NCBI GenBank assembly: GCA_052426225.1
Contig: JBNJNM010000006.1
Location: 1,488,001 to 1,552,000 of the forward strand
DNA length: 64,000 bases
Direction of reading: 5' to 3'
Source: Zancudomyces culisetae HAW-14-8
Lineage: Eukaryota; Fungi; Kickxellomycota
Shown piece by piece: positions 48,312-61,487 of the stretch. The notes beneath the pieces were generated by a model, which worked only from the letters and a program-made list of their open reading frames with translations, was not told where the DNA came from and searched no databases. The position numbers and the translations under genes were made by a program. Numbering within the stretch: position 1 is the first letter of the stretch; every line of letters begins with the position of its first letter.

Positions 48312-51300
48312 ATGGAAAGCATTTTGAGTTTCGAGGCTACATCAGGAGTTGACCCTGAAGAATGGCTAAAGCAGTTTCGACTAATCGCAAAGTTAAATAA
48401 ATGGGATGACGAAGACTGGACAGATTTAGTTCAGCTAAAATTGGGCAAGAGAGAACAAATCTGGTACAAGAAAAATGTTGCAAACTTTAGCAACTGGACA
48501 GAGTTCTGTATTGAATTTAAGAAAAAGTATGTATCAGAGGAGCAAAGTTTTTTGAGTTATGATAAGCTCAAGAGGATATATCAAGAAGATTTCGACTCAA
48601 TTGATGAGTTGGAATATGAAATGGAAAAAGCTCTAGATAAAGTAGGAATTGAAGATGACAATGCAAGATTTAATTGGTTGGTTAGCTCGTTAAAGCCAGA
48701 ATTCAGAGTTAAAGTCCGAGAAGAAAAATTAAAAAGTTGGGATGAAGTGATTAGCCTAGTATCAGAATCAGAAATGAAAAGAGAGGAAAACCAGAGTATA
48801 AGAAATGTCAATCGTTTCAAAGACAACGTAGCCGGCCAGCAATCAGAAAAAACTCCATTAAATACAGCTAGTCCAAGTGAAGGATACACAGCAATGCTGG
48901 AGAAAATGGAGGAGTGGAGTCTAAATCTGTTAAGTAGAGTAGATGAAGCCGTTGAGAAAAGGCTAAGTGAAAACAGAAGAAAAAGATACAAGTACAGTTA
49001 TCCACGTGTAGTTACCTGTTACCATTGTCACAAGGAAGGACACAGAAAATTCGAGTGCCCTAAGCTGAAGGAGAACGAGGAGTTAAAGATTGCAAGAAAA
49101 AGCAACAGCGTTAACTTTTTGGAAGTAAGTAGGGATAGTTATAATCAAGATGAAATATTGGCAGTACAAAGAAGAGAAACCATTCAGAAACGTACCCCTT
49201 ATTCAAGAAAAGTACAAAGTGAGGTAAGGGAGAATACAAAATTAAAAGGAAATTTCAAGGAACCAATGATTGTTGAAGAAGAAACAAAATTAGACTCAGC
49301 CGAATCTACCTGCAACCCAGTTATAAGTACTACGTTTAGCCAGGTAAAAGAGACAGGACTGGATAGTGACAGCTCTAAGGTATGTACAAAGTCAAAGACA
49401 AAGAGTGAAATAAGAATGGCAGAAGGGATACAACCCTTTTCTTTGAAGGATCAACTGTCAACTTGGTGTCCAACTATAACTTTTCCACAACTAATGAGTG
49501 TCGCCCCTGGACTGAATACTGAAATGGTGAATCTTTGTAAAAAAGCAAAAAAATCAGAGATTAATGAAATAAGATTTGGTCTACCACGAACTACAAACTG
49601 TAGGATCATAGTAACCGTTTACAATAAGGATATATGGGCGGTAGTAGACACTGGTGCGGCGTGTTCTGTCGCTACGCCAAGATTACTAGAGGCATGGGGA
49701 TTGGTTGCTGACAAGGAAGATGATCAAGTGATCATAACTGCGGATGGGAAGAAGCACTACTCACTAGGCAAAATTAAAGACGTTCCCTTGAAGATCGGAG
49801 ACCATAGATTCCACGCCAATCTAACAATCATGCAACGCAAAGACGACAGTTTGATATTGGGAATGGATTGGCTCATTCAGCATCATGCTGAATTGAACAT
49901 AGGAAAATCTGAACTTAAGCTACCATTAGGAAAAGTAGCACTACTAGTAAAATTATATACACGTGAAACACCTGACCACGTTGAGTATGAGGGTGATGAA
50001 CTATATATGATTATTAAAGAAGATACATTGGATGTGAATAATGACAAAAGATATACTGATCCTCGTATTGAGCAATTGAAACAGGAAAATATGGATATTT
50101 TTGCTGATGATATAGAACAGTTAACGCAAACTGACATGGCAGAGCATAGAATAATACTGAAAGATGAAACACCAATAAAGTTGAAGCCATACAGGATACC
50201 ATACCATCTCTATAACAAAGTACGGAACGAATTACAAATTATGGAAGAAAATGGTGTAATATCAAAATGTGTCTCAGAATGGTGTTCACCGGTGGTCACC
50301 GTGTGGAAGAAAAATGGGAAGTTGCGTATCTGTACCGATTACAGAAGACTAAATCAACAAACCAAAAAAGATACGTATCCTCTCCCAACGATTGAAGATA
50401 TTTTCATGGCAGTAGCTGGATCAAAAGTATTTACCTCGTTAGATGCTTTGAGCGGATTTTGGCAGATCCGCATGGCCAAAGCCGACCGAGAAAAGACTGC
50501 GTTTTCAATTCCAGGTACTGGTAGCTTTTGCTACAACGTTATGCCATTTGGGCTAACAAACAGTCCGGCGTCATTCCAACGCCTAATGGAAAAAGTTCTG
50601 GAACCCGTATTATGGAAAACTGCCATCGTCTTTGTAGACGACATCATAATCTACTCAAAATCTGTAGATGAACATCTTAAACATTTAAGTGAAGTTTTTG
50701 AGCTACTTAGAAAAGGAAGAGTACAGCTTCATAATGACAAATGTTATCTGGGAATGAAGGAGCTAGAGTATTTAGGACATGTTATAACAACAACTGGTGT
50801 AAAAACTAGTTTGAAAAAAGTAGAGTCAATAACAAAGGCAAAAGTCCCAACTAACGTTAAAGAATTGCAATCTTTTTTAGGCCTCATTGGATTCTACAGA
50901 AAGTACGTAGAAAACTTTTCTACTACAGTGGCACCATTACTAAAGCTATTGAAAAAGGGACACCCATGGACTTGGAATTCAGAATGCGAAACTGCAATTA
51001 TTCAAATTAAACAAAAGATGTCATCAGCCCCAACACTAGCCCACCCAGATTGAGAAAAAGAGTTTATAGTAACAACTGATGCCTCGCTTGAAGGGATTGG
51101 TGGCATTTTATCTCAACAATTTAACGAAGGTGAAAAACCCATTTGCTTTATTAGTCGAATAACGAATAAGCATGAGAAGAATTATTCTATTTCGCATCTT
51201 GAAGGTTTAGCAGTTGTTTGGTGCATTCAGAAATTAAAGTACTATCTGTGGGGAAAGCATTTTACTGTGCGGACAGACCACAAGTCCCTTTTGCAGCTTT

Positions 51301-52781
51301 TCGATTCCAAGGAGATAACAGGTAGAGTAGCCCGCTGGGCTATGATCCTGAGAAATTATGATTATACGATTGTGCATTGTAAAGGAAAAAACAATCCAGC
51401 AGACATGCTTTCAAGATTGGGACCTAAAACTCTGGAAGAAAATAGTGAAATCAGCGTTTATTCCTTATCACTTTCAGATTATAACAAAATTAAAAATTAT
51501 ATTACTAATACAATATATCCTGAAAATAGTAGTGAACAAGAGCGCAAAAAGTTGCGAAGTAGAGCAGCAAAATACAAGGTTAGTAATGACAGGTTAGTGC
51601 GAATACTCAAGGGAAACATAAAGAAAGTTTTGCATGAGGATGAAATGAGGAATGTAGTTGAAAATATACACAATGAGAGTCACAACGGAATAAGCAACAC
51701 TTGGGAAAGAATAAAAGATATTTACACTGGAGAAGGCCTATTTGAAACAGTTAAGAATGTGGTAAAGCAATGTCACGACTGTCAGCTATACAAAGGAAGT
51801 CGCGTAAAAAGGAATAACTTACACCCAATCTACACATACAAGCCTTTCAGTATATTCGGCCTTGATGCAGTAGGCCCAATAAGTCCAACATCAAAAGACG
51901 GAAATAGGTTTATATTAACCGGAGTTGATTATTTTACTAGATGGCCGGTGGCACAAGCAGTGGAAAACATTAAATCGGAAACCATAGTAAACTTTATAGT
52001 AACTAACATAGTCCAATATTACGGAGTCCCAGACCAAATAATAACAGATAGGGGAGCGGGATTCATTAGTGAACATGCTTCAAAAGTCTATGATTTTCTG
52101 CAAATAAAACATACCCCCTCCACTGCCTATAGACCACAGAGTAATGGGCAGGTGGAGAGATTAAACCAAACTATGAAGAATATCCTGGTAAAACAGTGCC
52201 GAAAGAACAAGACTGAGTGGGATAAGTATTTATGGAAGACTCTCTTGGCAATACGGACTATGCGAAACAGAAACACAAAATTTAGTCCAGCTGAGCTACT
52301 TTATGGTATCAAACTTGCTACTCCGGCTACGTGGACACCACCACCTGAAATAAGTGACGTAGAACTAGCCATACAAGAGCGGATTGAAGCTATAAAAACT
52401 GACATACCAGAATTAAGAAATGTGGGACTCAATAATAGCAGAGCAGCTAAAGAGAAAGAGCAAGCAGTTTATAACAGAGGAGTAAAACTGAGTGTGTTCA
52501 AAGAAGGTGATATAGTACTCAAATTAACAGAACAACCTCAAGCAAAGCTCGAAAACATTTGGGAAGGTCCGTATAAGGTAACGCGGAGACTAAACAAGGG
52601 AGCATATGTAATAATGGACAGTGAAGGAAACAGGGATTTGGTGAACGGGGATATGTTAAAACTATACCATTACAGTAAATATATGTTGCCCGAGGTAAGT
52701 AACACATTGAAATCCAAGCTAGGAAGGTTCAGAGAGACTCGACCAATGGGTCCAATCTGGAGGCGGGGTTCTGTCGTATGA
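48312..52781 (+). pseudogene. Gag-Pol polyprotein of element 2 with one in-frame TGA at 51051-51053
   Basis: CCHC knuckle CYHCHKEGHRKFEC, VVDTGA protease, FVDD RT, then AHPD*EKEFIVTTDAS continuing in frame to RNase H and integrase (GLDAVG, ITDRG, VERLN, GPY). Confidence 0.9.
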
Positions 52782-53107
52782 GAAATACGATGGAACGATT
52801 TATCTACCTATTTTATATTTTATATAATTAGCAGTATTTTTAGATTGGACTTTTTCTCCCCTCGTGGTTTTTGTTCAACATTCATAATTAGGATAGTTTA
52901 AATTTAGATTATAGTTAACACAAAATTATAGGACATATTTGGGGGTTAATACAATCGCTCACAACTTACTTGAATAAAATAACTCTTAACCACATTTAAA
53001 ATTAGTTAAATATAGTATAAACATATAAAAAATAATACATAATATTATACTACACGAATAGAGAAATATATTAAAAAATAATATTAGAACTAGTAAGTTC
53101 TACATCA
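52772..53107 (+). repeat. 3' LTR of element 2
   Basis: Near-identical to the 5' LTR. Confidence 0.96.
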
Positions 53108-53115
53108 AAATATAT

Positions 53116-53189
53116 GATTTCTTGGTGTAGATGGTTATCACGTCTGTCTAACACACAGACGGTCGCCGGTTCGAGTCCGGCAGAAATCA
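53116..53189 (+). tRNA. tRNA-Val (anticodon AAC)
   Basis: Acceptor GATTTCT/AGAAATC, anticodon arm TCTGT-CTAACAC-ACAGA, T-arm GCCGG-TTCGAGT-CCGGC. Confidence 0.96.
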
Positions 53190-53192
53190 CTA

Positions 53193-53205
53193 TTTTGCTT
53201 TTTTT
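53193..53205 (+). terminator. Pol III oligo-T terminator of tRNA-Val
   Basis: TTTTGCTTTTTTT immediately downstream. Confidence 0.7.
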
Positions 53206-53232
53206 GATTTATTTTAGATGTTTACAAGTTAA

Positions 53233-54050
53233 TTGATATTTTGTTCAATGGTAATTTTTTAGTATAGTTTAACACTGGTAATGTCGGTTATACTCAGGTC
53301 TCGGATCACTTCAATGGTTCTCATTGCTGTAATAGGAATTTTTTCATATCTTTTATTATTGTTATAATAATAATAAAACAACAAGTAAACTATATCAATA
53401 TCAAGTGCTATTTGCTATTAATAAGAATTAAAGACGTATATGTAAAGTATTAACTGTTAAGAAAAGAAAAAAAAACTGTTTTCGTTGTCCGCTCTCGTTA
53501 TATTCGCTTTGTTATTCACTTTACTATCTTAGATCGTTTTTACTATTTATCACGCTTGCTCTCATTGGTAGTTATATTCTACTAAGGAATCGAATTGATT
53601 CACTACAAAAAGAATGTATCCGTTATAATACAAGATTTTCATATAATTATTGATATTTTGTTCAGAGGTAATTTTTTTAGCATAGCTTAGCACTGGATTT
53701 GTCATCTTTTCGTGGCTTGTATTTCTATACTAGTTCTGTATATTTTTTTTGATTATTAAAACTACTTTTATTATTTTTATTATTTGTTCTAAACTCAAAG
53801 TGGATACGATAATTAATAAGTATTGTAACTACTCACAATTCATTAAAATACGTAATGTGAAGTATATCGTTAAAATATCAATAATTATTTTTTTGTACTT
53901 ATCGCTCTGCCATTCATTATACTAACATAGATTATATTAATTATAGCTCCCGTTTCCTTTGATTGGTAGCGTTAATCTATTCTGAATTATAATTGATTAT
54001 CTAACAAAAAGGATATAAATTATTATATAACATGAGTATTTTTTATTGAA
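53233..54050. repeat. ~400-bp dispersed repeat, one clear copy plus a decayed tandem copy
   Basis: 53233-53632 matches 61556-61960 inverted. The unit start tgatattttgttca..ggtaattttttag recurs at ~53650. Confidence 0.75.
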
Positions 54051-56287
54051 TTTTTTTACAGATCATATATTTGTCATCGAATTTTAAATTGATAGTGTAA
54101 TTAACGGTTACACCCTGTTTGCTACAAATAAACTCGATTCATAGCAGATTATGACTACCAACGAGAGACTTTAATAATCTGTAATACTTAGCATGCTAAT
54201 TTGTTAATTCTGAACTGCAGTCAATAGTGAATTATATTGATAACACTCAGTGGATAATTAGTATTTTATTTCTTAATTTACGTATAATAATTAATTTACT
54301 AATACTTTGTGATAATTATGTAGTTTGCAATTATCAATATTTATAATCTTTATAGCATAAAAACTGTTTTTTAGTATCAAAAGTTATATACGGAAATAGA
54401 ACTAAATTATAACCTATGGCCTGAGCAAAACTGACTGAATCTGTACTTTATCACGTTCAAATGTAATCATAGCAAAGAATATATATTTGGTTTAATATTC
54501 GTATACAATACTTTGCAATATTATAATCTATTTACCGTACTTATTGGTTCGCTAATCATTCAGCATGTAAAGTTTGGAAATAATACTTTTATAACTAATT
54601 CTATTTACTGTATTTATGAATCATTGTATTATTGGTTAGCTAATTAAAATCATTATAGCCATTAGTTTCCAAGATTTAATCAATACAATTGTATGTATCA
54701 ATGTTTAGCTGGTATTATACATTATTTACCTTCAATACTTTAAAAATATAATTTAAACTTTGATATATTTTGCGGATTTATGACGGAAATGTTTATACAA
54801 GACACAACTTTTGTATCTGATTGAAATGAAACTTCACAAAATTAATACATGCTCAAATACGATTAGCACCCAGAAAATATGTTATAGTAATTGAAACTTA
54901 TTCAAATACTCATCGCTAATAATAGCTATTAGTTTTTTAACGTATAATTACATGAATTTGTTAATTTAATACCTTAACAATTTAAAGTGATTGCAGACGG
55001 TTTTTAACCTAAAATTATAGACTTACTACTTTATACTACTATTTTAACAATCTAATGTACTCAATTGCGCTCATTTTAATCAATCAAAAAACATTAGTGT
55101 TGGTAAATTCTTTGATTATTATTATGTATGATAATATCATAATTATCTAAATTAACCATTAAATAAAATTTGTTATCGTCTAATTCAAAAAAACAATAAA
55201 CTTCAGCTAGAGACATTACTAGATAGTTAGTTTTTCAATATATTCTTTAGTTGGTATGTTAAATAAATAGTGTGAGTGTTGGCTAAAAGAGAAGTTAGTA
55301 CGTATATAAAAGCTATTGTAAGTATAACAAAATCACAAGTATATAAAAATGAATGAATGATGTTAATTAAGCGAAGGTGTCAACTGAAATACTTGTATAT
55401 TTTCAAATTTTCACTTTTCTCAAACTAACTTTATTTAAAGTCGTGATAATAGTTATTAGGTAAGGAAATATCTTTAATAGCTATAAAGGTTGTGAATAGG
55501 CTAATAATAGAAATTATATAATGTATTTAGAAAAAATAAAGCTTTGAGTTCAAAAATAAAAATCATACCATTGCCATTTGTATTGGCATTTAATTTTTTA
55601 ATAACTAGTCGTAGTAATTCATTAGATAGCCAGGTAAGCAGATAGTAGAAGATAGCTAAAAAATTATGTTAGTAAAAAAGATAGTTATAATAAATTAGTA
55701 AACAAACTTAAGGTATCCTTTGTCTTTATTAGCAGTAGTACCAGATCTAATCTTATAGCTAACATCAATAGGCTTCCCATTATAATGGTTTATCGGTAAC
55801 ATCAGCTACTTATATATATGATAGTGATTCTAAACTTTCATATATCTTGTATTTTATTTTAATAATAAAGAATATCAATTGAATACAAAATAATCAGCAT
55901 TATAGGTATCGGTTTTATTAGAATTTTATGCAAAGAGATGTGTAATCGCAGATTTGATTAGCTTAAAAGTTTAACAATTCCGATCCGACAGAGTTATATG
56001 TTAAAAATGATATTAAAGTAAATACAAGTAAAATTAAAAAAAGACAGTGAATCAATGACTATAAAATAGAAATGATGATTTATTCTAATCGTATTTAATA
56101 GAAAATTATATAGTAAAGTAAAAGTAGAGAAAGAAAAATGTATTCGTAAATGACAAAGTGAGAAATGACCGCTTTTTCAGAACAAAGTTGTATATTGAGT
56201 AAGAAAGTATTACAGAGTTAAACACACCAAACGCAGGAAGGTTATTAGAAATTAAAATAAATGTAAAAAAGCACTATTAAAGCTATT

Positions 56288-57249
56288 TCAAATGGAAATA
56301 AACTGGAATATGGATGCACTGTTGTTATTTTTTGTATTTTTAAATAGAGAAGCGCAATATTTCCCATTAAAATATTCATAGTAAAATTCTTTGTCATAAT
56401 CCATTATATAATACATACTTTTAATACCTGTGGGTATCAATTTTATGTTATTTTTATTAACATTTGAGTATAAAACAAGCATTTCCTTATCCGCTGTAGT
56501 GCCTAGATAATACCCATTAATTAATAAATAATTATACCATTTATCATTTCAAATTTCAAGTAAACTCCTTCAGCATATAATTTTTCGCTAACTAAAAAAT
56601 CTTTACGTCCCCTATGGCCAGTAATATCTGAATATTCGGATTCTAAAAAATAAGAATCAAGAGAGGTTTCTGCGTCCAATTTCGGTAAAATAAAGTACAC
56701 GCTGTCGTTTAACATATTTACGCCGTTAGCCGTGATATACTTATCATCAAATTTTGCCGGTACTGATTGGTTATCTTTCATTTGATGAGTGAAGTTTGAT
56801 TCAGCATATATCTGTAAACTAACTGCGCTATCTTTGTCGGGGGTAAAGTTTAAATTCATATCCATATACAGGTCACCATGTCTTATATTGAATATTTGAT
56901 GATATTTTTCTTCTCTACTCACCAACATATCACTCGAATCGTCTTGCAATAAATCATTACAAGTTGACCCCTCGATATATATCGCATTTTTCTTATCATG
57001 TGATAATGATAATTTATTATTTACATTTGATAGATATTTACAATAATATTTGAAATAAGCACTAGAATCAGGGTATGATTCAGGCACAGTTTCTTCCAAG
57101 TAAAATAGTGTTATGTTATATGTATGTTCATCATTTAAACTAAATTTGTCATTATTCAATTGTAGATTTTTATATTGCCCTGTTACAATAAACTTTACAT
57201 TTGGGAAGTTTATTCCGGTTTCGCCCTTGTATAAATATTTTGAAGTCAT
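56288..57249 (-). pseudogene. Intronless ~320-aa orphan gene split by a 1-bp frameshift near 56548; possible tandem beta-trefoil
   Basis: ORFs 56521-57249 and 56288-56482 join if one A is restored (FE-NDKWYNYLLINGYYLG...). Recurring aromatic/GxYL-like strands. Confidence 0.55.
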
Positions 57250-59308
57250 GATTTGTGTTTAAACTTAGTATTTTTATATCAGAATATTGTTTTTCAATCT
57301 TCAATAGTCGATTTAGGGTTTAGAATTGTGTCTTTGCTTTATATTATATGATATTTTATTGTACCAGTAATTAAAAACAGAGTATAAAATCTTAAAAAAA
57401 AGTAATATTTATATTAATTACAACTTTCTGTTTGAAATAAATTGGTTTAAATAGTTTTTTTTTAGTACTAAATGCAAAAAAAAAATGGTAATAGATCTAT
57501 TTGATTTGGTACATCCCATTCCTCTTAAATCATTTGCATTTTTTTCTTTTCTACCGCAAAACCTGGCAAGAATATAATCAGAAATTGATAAACTACGATT
57601 ATTTGCTTATTAATCTATTCAGTTGTATAACGAATCTCCAATGGTATTGATTGCAATTACAAATGTGATAGCGTAATCAAACAGTAATAACACAGTATAC
57701 ATTTTTATGAATATAGAAATAGTAACTGGAAAACTTTTGAGTTTAGATCTAAATCAAAATAATAGGCGAATGAAAATATCTTCTTATTGCCAAACCCTAA
57801 TCCGCAGAAGACTGGTCATTTTTATTTTTATAAGCAATGATGTTTTGCATGTATTTCAAGGGGTGGTTGAGTTTATATTGCAGCTATGGGATGTTTCCCA
57901 AGTCGCTCCAACATATTAATTTGGTTAGTTTTTATGCTAATACAGTGTAGCTGAATGAAATTAAAAAATCATGTGATCTATTCTGTTGTGACGCTTTAGT
58001 TTTTAGCAGATTATAGCTTTTATACCATTATTTAACGATAAAAAATGACTAAATAATACTAAACAATCTTAATGGATAATACATATACTTATAAATACAA
58101 TTTTATAAAAAAATGTTGTAGCCATGATATGGCTACTGTATACAATTGGTTTATCCGTAAGCAAATTTCAGTATAAATATTGTTATTTTGATCTTCGTTT
58201 AAGTAGTTTATGGTAATAAGATGTGTACAAAGCTCCACAAATATAAATTGGCTAAACTTTAATAGCATAATAACAGGTGTATAACCTGTTCTTGTGATTT
58301 TACAATGGCAGCAGATACAGTAAGATTTGGTTAAAATTCAAAAGTTACAAATTAGCAAAATATAAATTAATCTTTCCTAAAAACTGTAGAGTTTAGTAAT
58401 CACATTTTTTATGATGATATTATTTTATTAGTTGTAAAATTTATACAATATGTTTTTTTACAAATAGTTAGATCATTATTATTGGTATTGTCTAAACAAA
58501 CACAAGTTAATTCATAAATAATTTCTAATGTAATTTTATCTCATTATATTAATAAAAATCTATATGAATAAAAAATATCTATATTATATTCAAATTAAAC
58601 GGCCTATGATATATCCATAATTATGAGAAAAATTAAAATATAAAAGAAATATACAATAAATTCAAATCTAATAATTATAGGATCTGTAAAATATAATGTA
58701 TTTTAAGTTAGTAAGTAGTTAGTGTTTAACTTCTTAATTTGGAAAATGGAGTTAATATCCTAATTTTTATTGAGTAAAAATAGTAAAAAAATGATAAATT
58801 AAATAATCTACTATCTTGCAATTTTTAATAATAATGGAAATGTAAAGAACAGAATGTTATTTCTACAATAAACATATAAATGAAAAATACTATAAATATT
58901 TATATAAATTGAAATTCCTAAAAAAAATAGTTGAGTAATAATACATTATATTAACTCAATTAAGTGAAGTACAGTACAAGACTTTATACATTAAAACTAG
59001 TTACTAATACTAGTTATTAATTGGTCCAAGACTTTTCTAAGCATTAATTTTGGTAATATTAAACCTTAATTTAGCATAAAATTATAAATAAAGGATATAG
59101 AATAAAGATATTATTCCGACACGATTCAATGAATTCCTTGTCGTCGTATTTATAAAGAAAATAAATAAAAGGTGTAAATATAAACTATGTAAAAATTGAT
59201 ACTGAAATGACAACTGTTGTCTGAACTCGTCCAATGATTCTCGTATCAATTATCAAACCGCTGCCTAAATTCTGTATGTATTATACTTAATAAACTCTAA
59301 TTTACGAC

Positions 59309-59557
59309 TGTTGTATGCCTACACTAGGCGAAACATATCCATTGGTTAGTTGTTTTTAGTAATTTTTAGTTAGATTATTTTTAGATTTTATTGTATAAAA
59401 CTGAAATTTTTGGTATAGTAAATAAACGTCCTCTTTAGCTAAATCAAAATAACACTATAATAATTCGCAGCATATAGTAAAAGGTAAGTAAAATGACCCG
59501 TCCCGTGTGTTATTTGGTGTAAAAAACACTAAATGGGACGTTAAACATGGCAACACA
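59309..59557 (+). mobile_element. Solo LTR, same family as 46567-46815
   Basis: TGTTGTATG...GGCAACACA with a near-TSD CGAC/CAAC. Confidence 0.75.
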
Positions 59558-60003
59558 CAACAACAACTGTCATATAGTGACATGAACCCTTGGTGATAAA
59601 CTAATATTATATGTTTATCATCAAGTGAAATAATTAAATTATTAATATACTTTTAGTTTTAGTTTTTTTAGTATTCAATGAAACTGGTTCATTGATGTTT
59701 TTTCTAAGAGTATTAGTTTATTACTCATTTAAATTGTTTCAGTATTAGTTTATTTAGTTAGTATTAGTTCAATAGTTAGTTATTAGTATATTTATAATAC
59801 TAGGAAAAGTATTTAAAGGGTTAGTTATTGCATAAGGAAATAAATATCATTCTATCATACAAGCTTTATAGTAGAAAATAAATAGTTATGATCAACTCCA
59901 GATGTTTATATTAAGTTTATAATAGTTTCAACTAAGTTTATAATTTATAACAATAATTATACGATACATATTATACATATATAAATAAGAAAAATATAAA
60001 TAA

Positions 60004-60384
60004 TTATAAGTAAAATTTAATTATACAACATGTCGCATAATGTGAAGTATCACTACTTCCATTAGCGCTACCATCACGTGTTATACCGGTTCTGGTACGA
60101 TCACTGATGGTTGATGCACTTCTATTGCGTAATGCAATGTGCATCGAGGGGTGCTCGGGTGAGCTAATACCCCTGTACAGTGTCGGTGAAATTGTACTCA
60201 CCGACATTTCTTCCGGGCTCCTACGGATCTGGAGTTGACGGACACTTTCTGTCAACTCACCAAGGGTGCGGGGACTTAATACCCCTGCATCCTGATCCAT
60301 GCTGCTGCCCCTGCTCATGCTGGTAGAAGTGTATGACTCCCTCCTGGAGTCATCCCCAGTTCCAATCCAGTTGTTGTTAAACAT
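60004..60384 (-). CDS. Hypothetical 126-aa Ser/Thr/Arg-rich ORF, possibly element-derived
   Basis: GC-balanced island with an ATG start inside extremely AT-rich flanks; no recognisable domain. Confidence 0.35.
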   Translation of the reverse strand: MFNNNWIGTGDDSRRESYTSTSMSRGSSMDQDAGVLSPRTLGELTESVRQLQIRRSPEEMSVSTISPTLYRGISSPEHPSMHIALRNRSASTISDRTRTGITRDGSANGSSDTSHYATCCIIKFYL

Positions 60385-61369
60385 TGTAATTTAAGAGTTA
60401 ATTTTGGTTTTTATAATATAAATTTATTTAATTATATTTTCTTTATTCCGTATCGAGACATGGATGAGGTTTTCATGTGTCATCCATACGTCTCCTTAAA
60501 TATATTATTCAAATTTTAAACCACTATATATAAACTATATACTAAAATATGACTATTGTTATAATATTATTAATAATTTGTTTGTTATTAATGATAAATG
60601 TAAAATGCATGGGATCATTTTACATTTTACATTCATCATTATTGAACTAGCTCAGTATGAAAAATTGATTGCATACTGAGCTCAAAATTATTTGAATTTA
60701 TTTAAAAAAAGTAAACAAAAATGAATTTGCATTTTCGCACTGAGTGTACCATTTTCAGGCACATCCACGTGCTATTGTACAAATTGTTAATAATGCGACA
60801 AACACATGTTATATAATGAGTAAACATACCTATATGTTTATCATTTATATAAATATTTATATGATTTTATGATATTTTCTTGTAAATATTTATTATTTAT
60901 AGTATTATACTTAATTGTTTGACTTACTTGTTTAATATTTGTTTGTAGTTTACACATATTTATTTATTATTAGTAAACACAGAAGTAGTCTGTGCATATT
61001 TTATTAGTATATTTTAAGTAGTATTTGTTTATGCAAATCATGAATGTTTGCATATGTTTATTTATTTGTAGGAATCATGTATAGTTTTTTTATCTTTATG
61101 GTTTTTCTATGACATGATAAGAAAGTAAAAAAAAGTAGTTTATTAGTATAAATTAATTTCTATTAGTATTTGAATTTTGTATAAATAGGTTGTTTAATTG
61201 ACCTAGAAAGAAAAAATATCAATTTAATAAAGTTGGTTCTACACAGGAACTTATAGTATTATAGTGAAAACTTATACTAAAATAGTACATAGTATAATTA
61301 CTATAATAGTTTCCAACTAATTGAAAAAACAAAAGCTGTGAATCTGAGCTTTTGATAACACACAACACA

Positions 61370-61443
61370 GCTCTGTTAGCTCAGCTGGTTAGAGCGTGGT
61401 GCTAATAACGCCAAGGTCACAGGTTCGATCCCTGTACAGAGCA
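61370..61443 (+). tRNA. tRNA-Ile (anticodon AAT)
   Basis: Acceptor GCTCTGT/ACAGAGC, D-arm AGCTCAGCTGGTTAGAGC, anticodon arm TGGTG-CTAATAA-CGCCA, T-loop TTCGATC, downstream TTTT. Confidence 0.96.
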
Positions 61444-61487
61444 ATATCTTTTAATTTTTAACTTCAGATGATCAGATTTATTTTTTT

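Larger units (their letters stand above)
47859..53107 (+). mobile_element. Full-length Ty3/gypsy LTR retrotransposon (element 2), adjacent to tRNA-Val
   Basis: 336-bp LTRs (47859-48194, 52772-53107; 2 substitutions seen), 4-bp TSD AAAT (47855-47858, 53108-53111), PBS, PPT GGAGGCGGGG, single-frame gag-pol. Confidence 0.97.

Noticed and set aside
51051-51053. TGA=Trp genetic code change
   Set aside because: Trp is TGG throughout the other long ORFs, which have no internal TGA; this is a single case in a transposon.
46567-59557. Idea that the two direct-repeat LTRs delimit one 13-kb element that captured tRNA-Val and the orphan gene
   Set aside because: No shared TSD across the outer ends, no PBS after the first copy, and the second copy has its own near-TSD.
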